A DNA stretch of 63,897 bases, the filler included, from Octopus bimaculoides (Eukaryota), in the NCBI RefSeq assembly GCF_001194135.2. It is 5 parts of 5 records of this genome, joined end to end, with 100 filler letters (N's around TTAATTAATTAA, not from the genome) between each part and the next. Parts side by side here need not be neighbours in the genome. Positions count along the whole stretch, not along the records: positions 45,022 to 59,680 come from NC_068999.1; positions 59,781 to 61,924 come from NW_026328368.1; positions 62,025 to 63,897 come from NW_026303785.1; 2 more parts are not named here. One strand, 5' to 3'. The translations under genes were made by a program, and so were the position numbers. This document shows positions 49,472 through 62,570 of this stretch, one piece after another (position 1 is the stretch's first letter; the number at the start of each line of letters is the position of its first letter). Below the pieces are notes generated by a model, which saw only the letters and a list, made by a program, of their open reading frames with translations, did no database searches and was not told the DNA's origin.

Positions 49472-50924
49472 GGAGAATTTACGAAAAAAACAACAACAGG
49501 NNNNNNNNNNNNNNNNNNNNNNNNNNNNNNNNNNNNNNNNNNNNNNNNNNNNNNNNNNNNNNNNNNNNNNNNNNNNNNNNNNNNNNNNNNNNNNNNNNNN
49601 NNNNNNNNNNNNNNNNNNNNNNNNNNNNNNNNNNNNNNNNNNNNNNNNNNNNNNNNNNNNNNNNNNNNNNNNNNNNNNNNNNNNNNNNNNNNNNNNNNNN
49701 NNNNNNNNNNNNNNNNNNNNNNNNNNNNNNNNNNNNNNNNNNNNNNNNNNNNNNNNNNNNNNNNNNNNNNNNNNNNNNNNNNNNNNNNNNNNNNNNNNNN
49801 NNNNNNNNNNNNNNNNNNNNNNNNNNNNNNNNNNNNNNNNNNNNNNNNNNNNNNNNNNNNNNNNNNNNNNNNNNNNNNNNNNNNNNNNNNNNNNNNNNNN
49901 NNNNNNNNNNNNNNNNNNNNNNNNNNNNNNNNNNNNNNNNNNNNNNNNNNNNNNNNNNNNNNNNNNNNNNNNNNNNNNNNNNNNNNNNNNNNNNNNNNNN
50001 NNNNNNNNNNNNNNNNNNNNNNNNNNNNNNNNNNNNNNNNNNNNNNNNNNNNNNNNNNNNNNNNNNNNNNNNNNNNNNNNNNNNNNNNNNNNNNNNNNNN
50101 NNNNNNNNNNNNNNNNNNNNNNNNNNNNNNNNNNNNNNNNNNNNNNNNNNNNNNNNNNNNNNNNNNNNNNNNNNNNNNNNNNNNNNNNNNNNNNNNNNNN
50201 NNNNNNNNNNNNNNNNNNNNNNNNNNNNNNNNNNNNNNNNNNNNNNNNNNNNNNNNNNNNNNNNNNNNNNNNNNNNNNNNNNNNNNNNNNNNNNNNNNNN
50301 NNNNNNNNNNNNNNNNNNNNNNNNNNNNNNNNNNNNNNNNNNNNNNNNNNNNNNNNNNNNNNNNNNNNNNNNNNNNNNNNNNNNNNNNNNNNNNNNNNNN
50401 NNNNNNNNNNNNNNNNNNNNNNNNNNNNNNNNNNNNNNNNNNNNNNNNNNNNNNNNNNNNNNNNNNNNNNNNNNNNNNNNNNNNNNNNTCTTCCACCATC
50501 CTCTCTGCTCTCGTGTGACCTGTGGTCAGCTTTCTTTTCACTCCAGCCGCTGTGAAGGCAAGACGAACTACTAGCGTTCTACCTCAGATTTGCGTTTGGC
50601 CGTACGGCTTTTGAATGTTGTTTTCACTGTCCATTTTTTCCTGTCTTGGTTTGTGTTTGCCACCTTGGAATCCTCTGTGTAGTTGGTTGATCCACTACTC
50701 AGGAAGAGACTATTCTAGAGTACGTCCTGTCTGGTCTTCGAAACGTCTAGATAGAATAGAGACAGCTGATGAAGGGATATTCCAAGGGGCTTTCCGTTTT
50801 CCTGTGTTCGTTCCGTTGTCTGTAGTTTATTGTTCTAACGTCCTGTACCCTGATATGCATGTATATACACATGTAGATGTAAGTATGTACATATATGTGT
50901 GTATACATGTATATATATTCTTTG

Positions 50925-50963
<39 letters not shown>

Positions 50964-50992
50964 GGAGAATTTACGAAAAAAACAACAACAGG
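48997..50992 (+). repeat. exact 504-bp duplication (48997-49500 = 50489-50992) across a gap, probably an assembly artefact
   Basis: No difference found by eye, including an identical (AT)15 length. Confidence 0.85.
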
Positions 50993-51012
50993 CGAGGACA
51001 GGTGGTGTATTT

Positions 51013-51438
51013 AGGCACAGGTGTGTCTGTGTGGTAAGAGGCTTGTTTTCCAATTATATTGCTCGCGGTTTAGTCCTACCGCATGGCACGTTGGGCATCT
51101 CCTACTATAACCTCGAGTCGACCAAAGCTTTGTGAGTGGATTTAGTAGACGTCCAGTCGTTTCGAATTTAGAAATGAGGAATAAAAGTTTTCGAAAACTA
51201 AAACAAATACTGCTTAATATACAATATCTAACAGTGTCTATTGATAAAGGGATAGAACATGCCGAAGCAATATGCATTCAAGAATCATGAAGAACAAAAA
51301 GTAATTCCAATACACTAAATATTGTTGCTTATATAACAATGCACAACACGATAAAAACTTAAGCATGTCTGGGTTCAGTCCCACTGCGTGGCACCTTGGG
51401 CAAGTGTCCTTTACTATAGACTCGGCCCAAACAAAGCC
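51013..51438 (+). mobile_element. family-A SINE 5' fragments (51013-51150 and 51366-51438)
   Basis: Similarity to 48105-48260. Confidence 0.7.
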
Positions 51439-51527
51439 TATCATCATGTTGCATCGTTAATCCTTGCACATTTTTCTCTCTTTTCGGTTTTTTTCCCCGT
51501 TCGTTCTCTCTACATTTTTTTCCTTTC

Positions 51528-51571
51528 AATACTTTCTGACGAAGAGCGTAGGCTCGGAACGTCAAAGTATT
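51528..51571 (+). ncRNA. minimal type I hammerhead motif with one core substitution, in a probable Penelope-derived repeat
   Basis: 8-bp stem I AATACTTT/AAAGTATT; CTGACGA plus A; stem II GAGC-GTAG-GCTC; GGAA instead of GAAA; CG then GTC triplet. Confidence 0.7.
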
Positions 51572-52010
51572 TTCTATTCTTCTCGAGCGTCAAACTAATA
51601 CGCCTGCTTGTTGTTCCTTCACCTGCCTTCGTCTTTTGTTTTCTAGTTTAGTGCTGCTGACACCGACGGATTGAATGGTACTGCCCAGATCTCAGCTAAA
51701 ATTTGAAACGGTAATGCATGTTTGGATATCTTCAATAACATCTTTGACAATAAATAAATATAACAGAATTTATAGATTAGATATTGACGTCATCAAAGGA
51801 ATTACTAGCAACCTCCTCTGAACATAAACGTTACGTACCGTTTGACGTCGACATAATCCCTTGGAAACGTAACGCATTGTTAAAGAATATCGATAACTGA
51901 TGAGGAATTAGGTGTCTTCTGTGTCTGTTTTCCGTTTGTCTGTTGCGTTTAATATGTTTTTTAACTTGGCATTCTATTTTTCGTTTTTACATTTAGTATA
52001 CATTTTTTAA

Positions 52011-52062
<52 letters not shown>

Positions 52063-52409
52063 NNNNNNNNNNNNNNNNNNNNNNNNNNNNNNNNNNNNNN
52101 NNNNNNNNNNNNNNNNNNNNNNNNNNNNNNNNNNNNNNNNNNNNNNNNNNNNNNNNNNNNNNNNNNNNNNNNNNNNNNNNNNNNNNNNNNNNNNNNNNNN
52201 NNNNNNNNNNNNNNNNNNNNNNNNNNNNNNNNNNNNNNNNNNNNNNNNNNNNNNNNNNNNNNNNNNNNNNNNNNNNNNNNNNNNNNNNNNNNNNNNNNNN
52301 NNNNNNNNNNNNNNNNNNNNNNNNNNNNNNNNNNNNNNNNNNNNNNNNNNNNNNNNNNNNNNNNNNNNNNNNNNNNNNNNNNNNNNNNNNNNNNNNNNNN
52401 NNNNNNNNN

Positions 52410-52449
<40 letters not shown>

Positions 52450-52741
52450 ATAATGTAGTTAAAACGTAAGCTGTGTTCTGTAAAAGCACATCTGCTTGCT
52501 TATTCCAGTATTACAATCCAGTATGTAGATGCAGTCATTGTTGCACTGATGTACGGTACGTATTAGAGTTGAAGATTCTGGAAATATTATTTCATTCTCT
52601 GTCTGAAGAATTTTTTAGCAGGAAATTCTTTAGATGTTTATCAAATTTGTAAAACTTTGCAATTCCTATTACCACATGAAACATGTGTAATGATGAATAA
52701 ATAATACTAAAAAATGTCCAACTTCCTGTTTTGTTACACAC

Positions 52742-52793
<52 letters not shown>

Positions 52794-53710
52794 ACACACT
52801 TCGTTTTTGTATTGGTGTGCAAGATTCTTGATGTGATTTCGTGTGTTGAAAACATTTTGTTATGTCTTGGGAGAATCATAATGCCAATAATAGTACACGC
52901 ACAGATTCACTTCTACTTCTTTATTGTTAGCTAAATGGTTAAGTATCCATCCAACTAGCTAATCGACCGTTTGGTTAGCATGTTGTTTAAACAGCCAATC
53001 GACTTGTTTATTGTCCTTCCGTTGCGGTTTACAACCTTTTTAGTGATTCGTGATCGCCAACTCGCTTCGTCTGTCCGTCTGAGACCAGGTCCTATGTCTG
53101 TGTGTGTGTGTACGGATGCTTGCATGTGTGTGTTTGTAGGTGTCTGTGTTTTGTGGGTGTGTGCACTAGCCATCCGTCAACTTTGTCCGGGTTTACTCTT
53201 TTGTCTTTATCGCTTTATTTTTGTCTCATATCTGTTGTAGAATTATGGGTTTATGGTGTGCGGTGTGGGGTGTAGTTCTTTCCTGTGGGAAGAGAGACGA
53301 AAGAATAGAGTAGGTGCGTGAGCATCTATGTGATCGTGTGTTTGTGTGTGAGTATCTGCGAGTGTATGTATGCGTGTGTGTGTTCCTGCGTCCGTGTTTG
53401 TGCCTGTTCTTTCCTGTGGGAGAGGAGAAGGTGTGTGTGAACATTTGTGTGTACGTGTGTGGCTGTGCGTATTTGTGTGCTTATTTATGTATGTGCGTGT
53501 ATTCCTGCGTGCGTGTGTTTGCGTGTCTGTGTGCATGGATGGGCGTGTGTATGGTTGTGCTCTTGTACTCCTGTGTGTATGTGTTTATGGTTGCGCGTGG
53601 GTGCGGGTTGTGTATGTTTGTATGAGTTTACCTGAGTTCCGTTGTTCGTCTAATCCTATCTTCTGTATGCTTAATTCTGCCAACTCATACATGCCCACTT
53701 ACTCACATAC

Positions 53711-53711
<1 letters not shown>

Positions 53712-53756
<45 letters not shown>

Positions 53757-53791
53757 GTCTGTCTGTCTGTCTGTCTGCCTGCCTGCCTGCC

Positions 53792-53890
<99 letters not shown>

Positions 53891-53893
53891 TTC
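53712..53893. repeat. compound tetranucleotide microsatellite (TATC)n(TGTC)n(TGCC)n(TGTC)n(TATC)n
   Basis: Directly visible. Confidence 0.95.
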
Positions 53894-53961
53894 TATTCAC
53901 TCCGACGCACATATGCATACATAACGTGTGGTTAATAACAGTGGTGTTGAAGTACTGCCTA

Positions 53962-54590
53962 CTATGTATATTTTCTATTCAGTGTGGGTAATATCTCGCT
54001 GACGAGGATATTTTATCCTATGTGTCTATGCTTGGATAAAATACAGATGTCATTTCGGCCCGGCGTGCCGCTAAGTTGATCCCTGGCGTGCTGATAGAGT
54101 ATGGACGACTATTTTCCGTCATAATACTCCCGCCAATAGTTGTTTAACCTTTCCGTTAAACTCCTAGAGGTCTCGTCAATGTATGCTGTGTTCCTGTTCT
54201 TACAAACCACAAATCCCCTCCATGAACTTTATGCAGCAGACTACGTCCCTGGTTAACACTGAAATTAAATGTACATACCACATACTTCCATCAGTGTATG
54301 TGGTATTCCTATCGGTACATGTAGAGTACGTCCTACATAATTGTGTTCTGATAGAACTCCCTGCTCTCTCAACGATCTTAATGTTGAGCTGTGTGTCCTT
54401 CGGAGCCTTCCTAAACCTACAGGCTTAAATCCCAAGTAATATGGCCACTACGAACATCACTCCTTGATATTTTTAAACCGTGTACCATGCGTTTGTTCTG
54501 TTTGCTTTATCACAAATTCTATGCACACTGCTCCAATACTTTGTCAGATATCCAGGGCGGTTTTCACAAGGCTGAGCTCTTGTGAATAAC
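53962..54590 (-). mobile_element. degenerate Penelope-like element fragment (RT thumb/linker and GIY-YIG endonuclease)
   Basis: Minus strand, with frameshifts and stops: [73 protein letters not shown]. Confidence 0.8.
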
Positions 54591-55246
54591 GTGTGCGTGT
54601 GTACACACAGACACAGACAGACAGTCAGACAGACAGACAGACAGACAGACACATACACACACACACGCCCCCCCCCACACACACACGCGCGTGCACACAC
54701 ACATATCAAAAGACTGAGGGAGTGGATTTTTATTTGCATTTGTAGCAACTGCAGTTGCTAACTGTGAGCTATAAAGAAACGATCTGCTTATCGAATTTCC
54801 TCGTAACTTTGATATGGGGAAAAGTGTGTAACCTTTGATGCCAATAAATTGTTATTGTTCCTTATCGTACACTGTCCACTTGTTTTCCATATTTGCTACG
54901 GACTACTTGAAGCTTACAAACTTTCAACACTTGGGTCCCTGGAGCAAACCCTTGTATATACATACTCGTGGCATGAAACGTTGGGACGCACCAGCAGATG
55001 GTGATTTAACTTGCATCTGGCCTCCTTTCGGGTACGCAGTATTGACAAGCACAAAAATGACGAAACATTAATGCCTATCACTCCTGTAACGAGACTTGGT
55101 GCGAGTTATCTCGCTTCTCTATGACTTCCAGGTGTTTTAACACCAGACGAATTGACGAGAATATATTCTCTTGCGCCTACAACCGCAGTCTACCCACGAA
55201 CTGACAAAACACATAACTTGTGTATGTGCGTTCGATATTGTGTGTG

Positions 55247-55326
<80 letters not shown>

Positions 55327-55494
55327 TCGAACCCACAACATCTATAACGCATACATTCTACAATCCCCTTATACTGGATACATTCCACAATCTCCATAAT
55401 AGCTATACCCATTACAATCACTATAATTTACCATAATGTCTGTTATTTTTAATTTTCTTTATTAATGAGATATTATCAAATCATATCTCATTTG

Positions 55495-56140
55495 TAGTGA
55501 CACTGATGGTGAGTTGGCGGTTGTGGTGGAGATAGTAGTGCTGGGGCTGGTTCCGGTGCGGCGGAAGGTGGTGATGATGGTAGTGGTGGTGTTGCTGGTA
55601 GTATGAGTGGTGGTGGTGGTGGCGGCAACGGCGACGTGGTGGTGGCGATAGTAGTGGTGATTGTATTGATGGTGACGCATGTGATAGTGAAGCTGGTGGT
55701 GAATTTTGGTAGTAGCGGTGGTGGTGAATTGTGGTGGTAGCGGTGGGAAAGGTGGTGAATAGTGGTGGGTGGGGTTGTTAGTGGTTATGTAGGGTTTATT
55801 GTCATAATGACTTTATTGGATTTTAAGTGTTATTGTTTGATTGCAGTGGTAATAACAATGGCTGTGGTTGCAGTGAGGGTGGTAGTATTTGGGGGTAGTG
55901 ATGATGGTGGGGATGGTAGTGGTGGTGCTGGTACTGCAGGATGGTCAGACTGATGGTGGTTATTACGATAGTGCTGGTAGTAGCCATGAAACTGGTGTTG
56001 GTGGTAGTTGTGGTGGTGGGAGTGGTATATGGTGCTGGAGTTTCGTATGATAATAGAGGTCACATTGATTATAGTAGGGGGCCGCTGGGGATGTGGTAAT
56101 ATCATACTAATGGTGATGATGGCGGTGGTTAGTGTTTAGG
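55495..56140. repeat. degenerate (GGT/GAT)n low-complexity tract
   Basis: Directly visible. Confidence 0.8.
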
Positions 56141-57926
56141 CTGTTGTGTTCCGAAACGTCTAATAGGTCGAAAGTGTTTGGGGCGGGGTACATATCTGCC
56201 CCACCCGCTATATCAGCGGTGGTGGCTGGTAGTGATAGGTGTGCCTATTTTTTCGTCCCGTTTCATTCTGCTTTAGATGGCTATATAAGTAAATTAAAAG
56301 AGTAAATGGGATCTCAGTCGGTTTCCACCATGATTATTCCAGTTCGTCAATTAACTGAACAACCTAAACGTTTAATCTTAAGTCCAGATGATTGTGTATT
56401 CCACAGATACACACGAACATGTACACACACACACACACATACACACACACACGCACGCACACTCAGTGCTCATGTATAATTGATACAAAAATTGAGCTTA
56501 GAGAAATAACGAAGACTGACCAATGGCATGTATGTGTACAGACACAATGAATAAAGGCGCATTAAATAATATATGAGACAAATTTAGGGATTTATTGAAA
56601 TACTTTGTGGTTCCAGAGAGGATAAACCATTTGGGTCACGGTACTTTGGGCCAACAAAAGATGAGAAGAGGAAGGGGTGATTTCGAGAAATAAACATCTT
56701 CCAAAATCGACATGTGATTATGGAGAACACAATCAGCCTGAAGACAAAAGGACAGATGTAACATGTATTTCTGCTTCAGTAGACGTCATCAGCACAGCAG
56801 CAATTATTCAATATTATCTTCACCAGACTTGACACTATGCATGTGTGTATATATATATGCATGTATATATATATATATATATATATNNNNNNNNNNNNNN
56901 NNNNNNNNNNNNNNNNNNNNNNNNNNNNNNNNNNNNNNNNNNNNNNNNNNNNNNNNNNNNNNNNNNNNNNNNNNNNNNNNNNNNNNNNNNNNNNNNNNNN
57001 NNNNNNNNNNNNNNNNNNNNNNNNNNNNNNNNNNNNNNNNNNNNNNNNNNNNNNNNNNNNNNNNNNNNNNNNNNNNNNNNNNNNNNNNNNNNNNNNNNNN
57101 NNNNNNNNNNNNNNNNNNNNNNNNNNNNNNNNNNNNNNNNNNNNNNNNNNNNNNNNNNNNNNNNNNNNNNNNNNNNNNNNNNNNNNNNNNNNNNNNNNNN
57201 NNNNNNNNNNNNNNNNNNNNNNNNNNNNNNNNNNNNNNNNNNNNNNNNNNNNNNNNNNNNNNNNNNNNNNNNNNNNNNNNNNNNNNNNNNNNNNNNNNNN
57301 NNNNNNNNNNNNNNNNNNNNNNNNNNNNNNNNNNNNNNNNNNNNNNNNNNNNNNNNNNNNNNNNNNNNNNNNNNNNNNNNNNNNNNNNNNNNNNNNNNNN
57401 NNNNNNNNNNNNNNNNNNNNNNNNNNNNNNNNNNNNNNNNNNNNNNNNNNNNNNNNNNNNNNNNNNNNNNNNNNNNNNNNNNNNNNNNNNNNNNNNNNNN
57501 NNNNNNNNNNNNNNNNNNNNNNNNNNNNNNNNNNNNNNNNNNNNNNNNNNNNNNNNNNNNNNNNNNNNNNNNNNNNNNNNNNNNNNNNNNNNNNNNNNNN
57601 NNNNNNNNNNNNNNNNNNNNNNNNNNNNNNNNNNNNNNNNNNNNNNNNNNNNNNNNNNNNNNNNNNNNNNNNNNNNNNNNNNNNNNNNNNNNNNNTATAT
57701 ATATATGTAAAACCATGTATGTCCATTCATACTTACCTACTGACATGCATATGTGTGTGTGTGTGTGCGTGTGGTTGTGTGTGTCTTCGCATGTATTCTC
57801 GTATGGTTATATTTGTACATTTAATTTCATGTCCTTTGTGTATGTGCACGTGTTCGCAGGTGTATGTATGCGTGTTTGCGTGTGTCTCAACGAGAGAGTG
57901 AAAGAGAATGAGACAGCAAGCGAGCG

Positions 57927-57965
<39 letters not shown>

Positions 57966-58571
57966 GAGAGAGAGGAAGGGGAGAGAGAGCGTGTGTTTGT
58001 CTCTGTGCACATGTGTCGGTGTGAATGCGCGTCGTATGTGTTCGTGCGTATGCATATATATATATATGCGTGTGTCCTTATGTGTTCTTTTACGTGTCTG
58101 TTTAAGTCGCCTGTTTCATTGTGCCTATGTGTCTTTGCATATGCGGTGTGTTCTTCATTACAGCTCCAACCATCCCTACATCTACCCGTGTTGAAATTTG
58201 TCGCTAAGCGGGATTTAAATAGGTAGCATCTGTGATATTAGGGTATTAAAAGCTGGGTTGAAGGGGTGAGGAGTGGTGGGCTGTCGGGTATGTTAGGGTA
58301 GACGATGTATGGAAGGCGTAGAAAATGCTATGGTTTAGGGGAGGTAACAACATATGTTCCACCTCCCCACACGTGTACATACTTATAAAACATGGTATCT
58401 GTACATGCATGGTTAGCGTGGTAGCGTGTGTACATGTTTATATATATACGTATATACAGGGCATGCATACGTATAAGTGTGTATGTGTGCATATATGTAT
58501 ATGCATGTATGTATGTACGTATGTATATATGTATATATATGTACGCATGTATATATGTATATATATGTATG

Positions 58572-58628
<57 letters not shown>

Positions 58629-59156
58629 NNNNNNNNNNNNNNNNNNNNNNNNNNNNNNNNNNNNNNNNNNNNNNNNNNNNNNNNNNNNNNNNNNNNNNNN
58701 NNNNNNNNNNNNNNNNNNNNNNNNNNNNNNNNNNNNNNNNNNNNNNNNNNNNNNNNNNNNNNNNNNNNNNNNNNNNNNNNNNNNNNNNNNNNNNNNNNNN
58801 NNNNNNNNNNNNNNNNNNNNNNNNNNNNNNNNNNNNNNNNNNNNNNNNNNNNNNNNNNNNNNNNNNNNNNNNNNNNNNNNNNNNNNNNNNNNNNNNNNNN
58901 NNNNNNNNNNNNNNNNNNNNNNNNNNNNNNNNNNNNNNNNNNNNNNNNNNNNNNNNNNNNNNNNNNNNNNNNNNNNNNNNNNNNNNNNNNNNNNNNNNNN
59001 NNNNNNNNNNNNNNNNNNNNNNNNNNNNNNNNNNNNNNNNNNNNNNNNNNNNNNNNNNNNNNNNNNNNNNNNNNNNNNNNNNNNNNNNNNNNNNNNNNNN
59101 NNNNNNNNNNNATATGTATATATATGTACGCATGTATATATGTATATATATGTATG

Positions 59157-59205
<49 letters not shown>

Positions 59206-59780
59206 GTTTTTTTACATATATATTTACACCCACATAAATACAAGCACACGTATACATGTACATGTGTGCGGATTTAGGATTGTGGGGAAGGGTTGTCTGT
59301 GTTGTATGTACATATATACAGATATATACTAAATATATATATATACAAAGACAGACAGTGAGAGGCGGAGTGAGATGAGCATGGACCTATATACATAAAT
59401 ATGACAAGGTGTGTTACGTCAACATTAAGAGCTGACAGTATTAATGCTAATAGCTTAGACGCAAGTAGCTTCGACACACACACGCACACAAGCATACACA
59501 CATGCACACAAGCATAAACACACAAACACACACAGACACGCACACACACACATGCTGAACGTACATGCGAATGCGTGTATGTGCTTATATGTGTGTACGT
59601 AATTGTCTATATATATCTGTACATATATATATATGCATATATGCATATATATGTATGTATATATATATATATATATATATNNNNNNNNNNNNNNNNNNNN
59701 NNNNNNNNNNNNNNNNNNNNNNNNTTAATTAATTAANNNNNNNNNNNNNNNNNNNNNNNNNNNNNNNNNNNNNNNNNNNN

Positions 59781-59811
<31 letters not shown>

Positions 59812-61062
59812 CAAATTTGTGTATATATATATATACACACACATATATACTCAAATCAAAATCCAGAAAATGGAGAAGTAGCATTAATATAATTAATATT
59901 TATTAACTGCAAAAATTCAAGAAATTCTAATATTTATAAACCGATATTTATATTTAATCCTGTTATTTTAAAAATAGTACTACTCACAACAAAATTTTAG
60001 GTAACAAACTACAACAAAATATTAGGTATCCAATTCATTGGATATTTTCTATATCTTTAGATGGTTATTTTAACTATTTAAATTTATATATATATATATA
60101 TTATTTAAAGAAAAAGGTTAACGACTCAACATATCACACCCCCCTCAAAGAACATATATAAGAAATACAGCATAATCCATCAAACATAAGGAGTAAGAAG
60201 AAATACCGCAAGAAGAAATAATAAATAAATAAAAAATATAGCATATAGTATAAATTTTTTATACACGAATATATTGTTTCAACCGATAACATGGAACTGA
60301 AAAAAATTGAGTTAAAGGTATAATACAATACACGTGAATATCATTTCATAGAAGTTAAAAACGTTAAAATTAATACGAATAAAAATTAATACGGAAGGAG
60401 TAAAAATTTCAAATAGAATATTAAAATATAATATAAGTCGATATAGTAAAATAAAATGAAATGAAGAAATGAGGTACCATAAAGTAGTCTATCGGTTGAA
60501 AAAACAAAGACGGAATTGATTTAACACCACTTAGAATTAAAGTTCATAGTTCTTCAACTCCCTCGGGCACATTTCACACTTCAAAACCAAAGGGCAAGTT
60601 CGCACCAATCCGGCACACACAAGAGCGAACAGGCACCCAGCAGGTATCAACAGGTAAAAGTCCAATTCCGCTCACCATGTCCAAACAGGTTCACCACACA
60701 TGAGTCAAAAACAATTACAGCACGCCGCAGGTATCCATCAGTAAAAACAATTTCACGAATTTCATACAATACCTATGGCCATTTCGGAGGTAAACCACTG
60801 TATTTCAAAACACAATAGAGTGTAAACTGGTGATGACCCCGTCGCCCAGGTAAACTCACGTACAAAGTCACGACATGCACCAGGAGAAAAAAAAATGATT
60901 GCTATAAAGAGCAAATATATATAAACGAAATGGACCAGCCTATTTAAATAATTGGAGGATTCCAAAAACAAAAGTGCCATTTTAGATAGCCAAACAGGCT
61001 GCAGTGTCAAAACCAATCTACGAGGTTTCAATTCACCCTAACGTAAACTATTACACTTGTTA

Positions 61063-61860
61063 TTATTTATTACTTATAAATTTATTTTTATCTCTATACA
61101 GTTTCAAGAAGGTGGAGGAAAACTTATGGTTGCAGAAGGGGACTACCTCAGTGAACTTATTCAGGGTTTTTGTTCCAAAAGACCTGAGAATCGCAAGGGA
61201 TTCCCAAATACATAAAGAACATTTACTAATATATGCCTTAAAGTGTGTGGCCCTCGCTATAATAGACCATTCATGAGAATACTTTATATTCTTTTTCTTG
61301 AGGTCATGTAGATAAGAGGTGAGTGTGGTAGAGTTACTGTATTTTTCAATTGAAAACAAACTCATATGCGCTCTATATCTAGCCTTAAAGTTCTTCGTGC
61401 TTCCTATATAGAACCTATCTAGTTTGTTCTCATCCCTGACGGTGCACTTATATATCACGTTTGTATATAAACAGAGCCCTCCCAGAGGACATAATAGAGA
61501 GTCTCTACAATTACATAATTTACATTGGCTACCCCTAAATTTATTTCGAGTGCCAGTAACAGCCCTTGCCAGTCTATCCTTATCAATAGCTCCACTCCTC
61601 CCATTCCCGGGTTTCGGTACAATCAGAGGGAATGGAGAGCACGTCCCACTATCATTGTGTGACTTACAACTTGTTTAATCAGAACTGGGGCTTCCCTTGC
61701 AGGGATATTCACAATGTTCTAGCTTATTTAATTTGCTTCTATTGAGAGAGGCAATAACTGACACTAGATTAGGCATTCCAGAATAGGAAAACTTAATAGA
61801 GGATCTGTTGCAGATGCTATAGTACTTATGGTCTTTAGGGAAGTTATTCTCCAGGATCCT
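61063..61860 (-). mobile_element. Penelope-like element ORF 3' part (thumb, Cys linker, GIY-YIG endonuclease); Neptune-like clade inferred
   Basis: One frame with a single internal stop (61675-61677): ILENNFPKDHKYYSICNRSSIKFSYSGMPNL..CNCRDSLLCPLGGLCLYTNVIYKCTV..FYIGSTKNFKARYRAH..NSTTLTSYL..CSLCIWE..LNK..CNH. Confidence 0.92.
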
Positions 61861-62024
61861 AAAATTTATATATGTGTATATATAATATGTATATATATAT
61901 ATGTATATATAATATGTATATATANNNNNNNNNNNNNNNNNNNNNNNNNNNNNNNNNNNNNNNNNNNNTTAATTAATTAANNNNNNNNNNNNNNNNNNNN
62001 NNNNNNNNNNNNNNNNNNNNNNNN

Positions 62025-62244
62025 CCCTTTAGCATTTAAACTGGCCATATCCAGCCCAAATATTCTACTTGTTTAGTATTCAAACCAGCCAGACCCAGGT
62101 TCTCACACCTACCTTACAATCTCATTCTAAAAATAAACATTCACACCTTTAAAATCTTGAAGCTATGAGATAATGCATGATTAATTCAAAATAATTTGAA
62201 TAAATAAGCGTTCCATTTAACAAAGTACTGTGAATGCTAAGGGG
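62025..62244. mobile_element. piggyBac-like MITE
   Basis: Terminal inverted repeats CCCTTTAGCATT / AATGCTAAGGGG (11/12 match); homologous to 31030-31207. Confidence 0.65.
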
Positions 62245-62254
62245 TGTATATCAA

Positions 62255-62570
62255 ATACCCTGGTGTCACTGTATACAGCAGATACATCAGTTTCAACCTG
62301 TATAGAGGAAGTACACCAGTGTCACCTTGTATATACTAGGTATACTAGTGTCACCCTGAAAATAGGCACATGAGTATTATCCTCTATATACTGAGTATAC
62401 TAGTGTTACCCTGAATACAGCAGGTACACCAGTGTCACTCTTTACAAAGTAGGTACACACTGTATATACTAGGTACATCAGTGTAACTCTGTATACACAG
62501 ATAAACCAGTGTCATCTTTTATAGCAGGTACAAGTAGGTAACACCAATGTTGCTCTTTACATCGTACATA
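62255..62570. repeat. degenerate minisatellite, about 29-bp unit, about 11 copies
   Basis: Consensus-like unit GGTACACCAGTGTCACCCTGTATATAGCA repeated with indels. Confidence 0.75.

Noticed and set aside
48997-50992. Tandem duplication of a hammerhead-like repeat, which would resemble a retrozyme dimer
   Set aside because: The copies are identical including flanking microsatellite length and non-element sequence, and are separated by a gap. This is typical of unmerged overlapping contig ends.
51870-51910. GAAACGTA followed by CTGATGA
   Set aside because: No stem I or stem II pairing.
53999-54022. CTGACGA plus a GGATA/TATCC hairpin resembling a hammerhead 5' half
   Set aside because: It is followed by TATG instead of GAAA and lies antisense within a Penelope coding remnant.
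56150-56225. CCGAAACGTC with nearby small GC hairpins
   Set aside because: No CUGANGA core upstream; at most a repeat fragment.
58510-59190. Repeated TA-rich block on both sides of a gap
   Set aside because: Probably the same contig-end duplication artefact.
24066-59332. Long ORFs of 200-480 aa in the ORF track
   Set aside because: They are open only because they run through N-gaps (X runs) or stop-free microsatellites.
2577-59646. [16 protein letters not shown] and poly-L/I/V ORFs
   Set aside because: They are translations of di-, tri- and tetranucleotide repeats.
60640-60800. Hammerhead-like pieces on the minus strand downstream of the Penelope ORF (GAAATGGCCATA, CTGATGG, CTGTTGA)
   Set aside because: Order and stem pairing do not give a valid topology.
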